Shown here in pieces: positions 63,303 through 64,000 of a DNA stretch of 64,000 nt. Origin of the DNA: Malacoraja senta (lineage: Eukaryota); NCBI GenBank assembly GCA_038087875.1, contig CM075990.1, positions 17,114,001 to 17,178,000 on the forward strand, given 5' to 3'. Position 1 is the stretch's first letter; the number at the start of each line of letters is the position of its first letter. The notes under the pieces were generated by a model. It was not told the DNA's origin. It did no database searches and worked only from the letters and a program-made list of their open reading frames with translations. The translations under genes and the position numbers were made by a program.

Positions 63303-64000
63303 GTACAGCATCTTACTGGCGAAGAGGAGATTGTACATTAACCATTGAAGATCAATCACATTGCAATTCTTCACCAGCCTCAATCCTGCTCTCTATTTTA
63401 TCCAAATAACTTTCCCGAGATTGTTTGAAGTAGTTCTTCCTCAAGTCACTATATTCTCTCTTCCGATGTTCGTATCCTGACTGCATTTTGTATATTTTGT
63501 GATTCTGCCAAACACCAGCAGTTTTCAATGAGTGGCCTCTGCTTGTCTGGAAGTTCTGGACTGAGCTTGAACTTGGTTAGTACGGGTATCAGGGGTTACG
63601 GGGAGAAGGCAGGAGAATGGGGTTAGGAGGGAGAGATAGATCAGCCATGATTGAATGGCGGAGTAGACTTGATGGGCCGAATGGCCTAATTCTACTCCTA
63701 TTCCTTATGACCTTATGAACGTAGCCATGTAACTTCAGGCAGTGGGAACATGCTGGGTGGAGGGAGGATGCACACTGCGGGTGGGGACACAAAACTAGCT
63801 CCCGTCCCATTGAATGGTTTTAAAAACTTCAACAGGTGGCCAAGAGCATATCCTGCATGTCTCGTCAATGATTGTGACTGTTTCCAGGGGGCGGAAAACC
63901 CGGGGGGACCAGAGGGGACACGTCCCCCACATGTTTTGAGAGGTGGGGGAAATCCCCGCCAAGTTTTTGTGATCCCGATTTAAAAATCTCCACTTTCCGC

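Noticed and set aside
63885..64000. Possible hAT-like left terminus (CAGGGGGCGGA...)
   Set aside because: The other end is outside the window, so it cannot be supported.

Overview
Eukaryotic (vertebrate) genomic DNA. The repeat content (V-SINE/HE1-like SINEs, CR1 LINEs) points to a cartilaginous fish, but that assignment is inference. The window holds the 5' part of one plus-strand multi-exon gene that I recognise as WDFY4 (BEACH-family, recalled similarity to human WDFY4). I traced 34 coding exons from 6905 to 63302 with consistent splice phases (5967 nt, 1989 codons, no stop); the gene continues past the window end. One intron needs a GC donor. The introns are packed with tRNA-derived V-SINEs, CR1 and Rex1/Babar-like LINE fragments, one nearly complete but disrupted CR1, Harbinger-like MITEs and tandem arrays. 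Most notable: an abundant ~130-180 bp repeat carries a minimal hammerhead-ribozyme-like core (CTGAAGA-stem-GAAAC-GTC) and inserts with 7-13 bp target duplications, often as inverted structures, as expected for a Penelope-dependent or retrozyme-like element. Two partial exon copies also lie inside introns of the same gene. A pentamer satellite and a 200-N gap occupy the start. All family assignments come from reading and memory, not database searches; repeat boundaries are approximate unless a target-site duplication is quoted.
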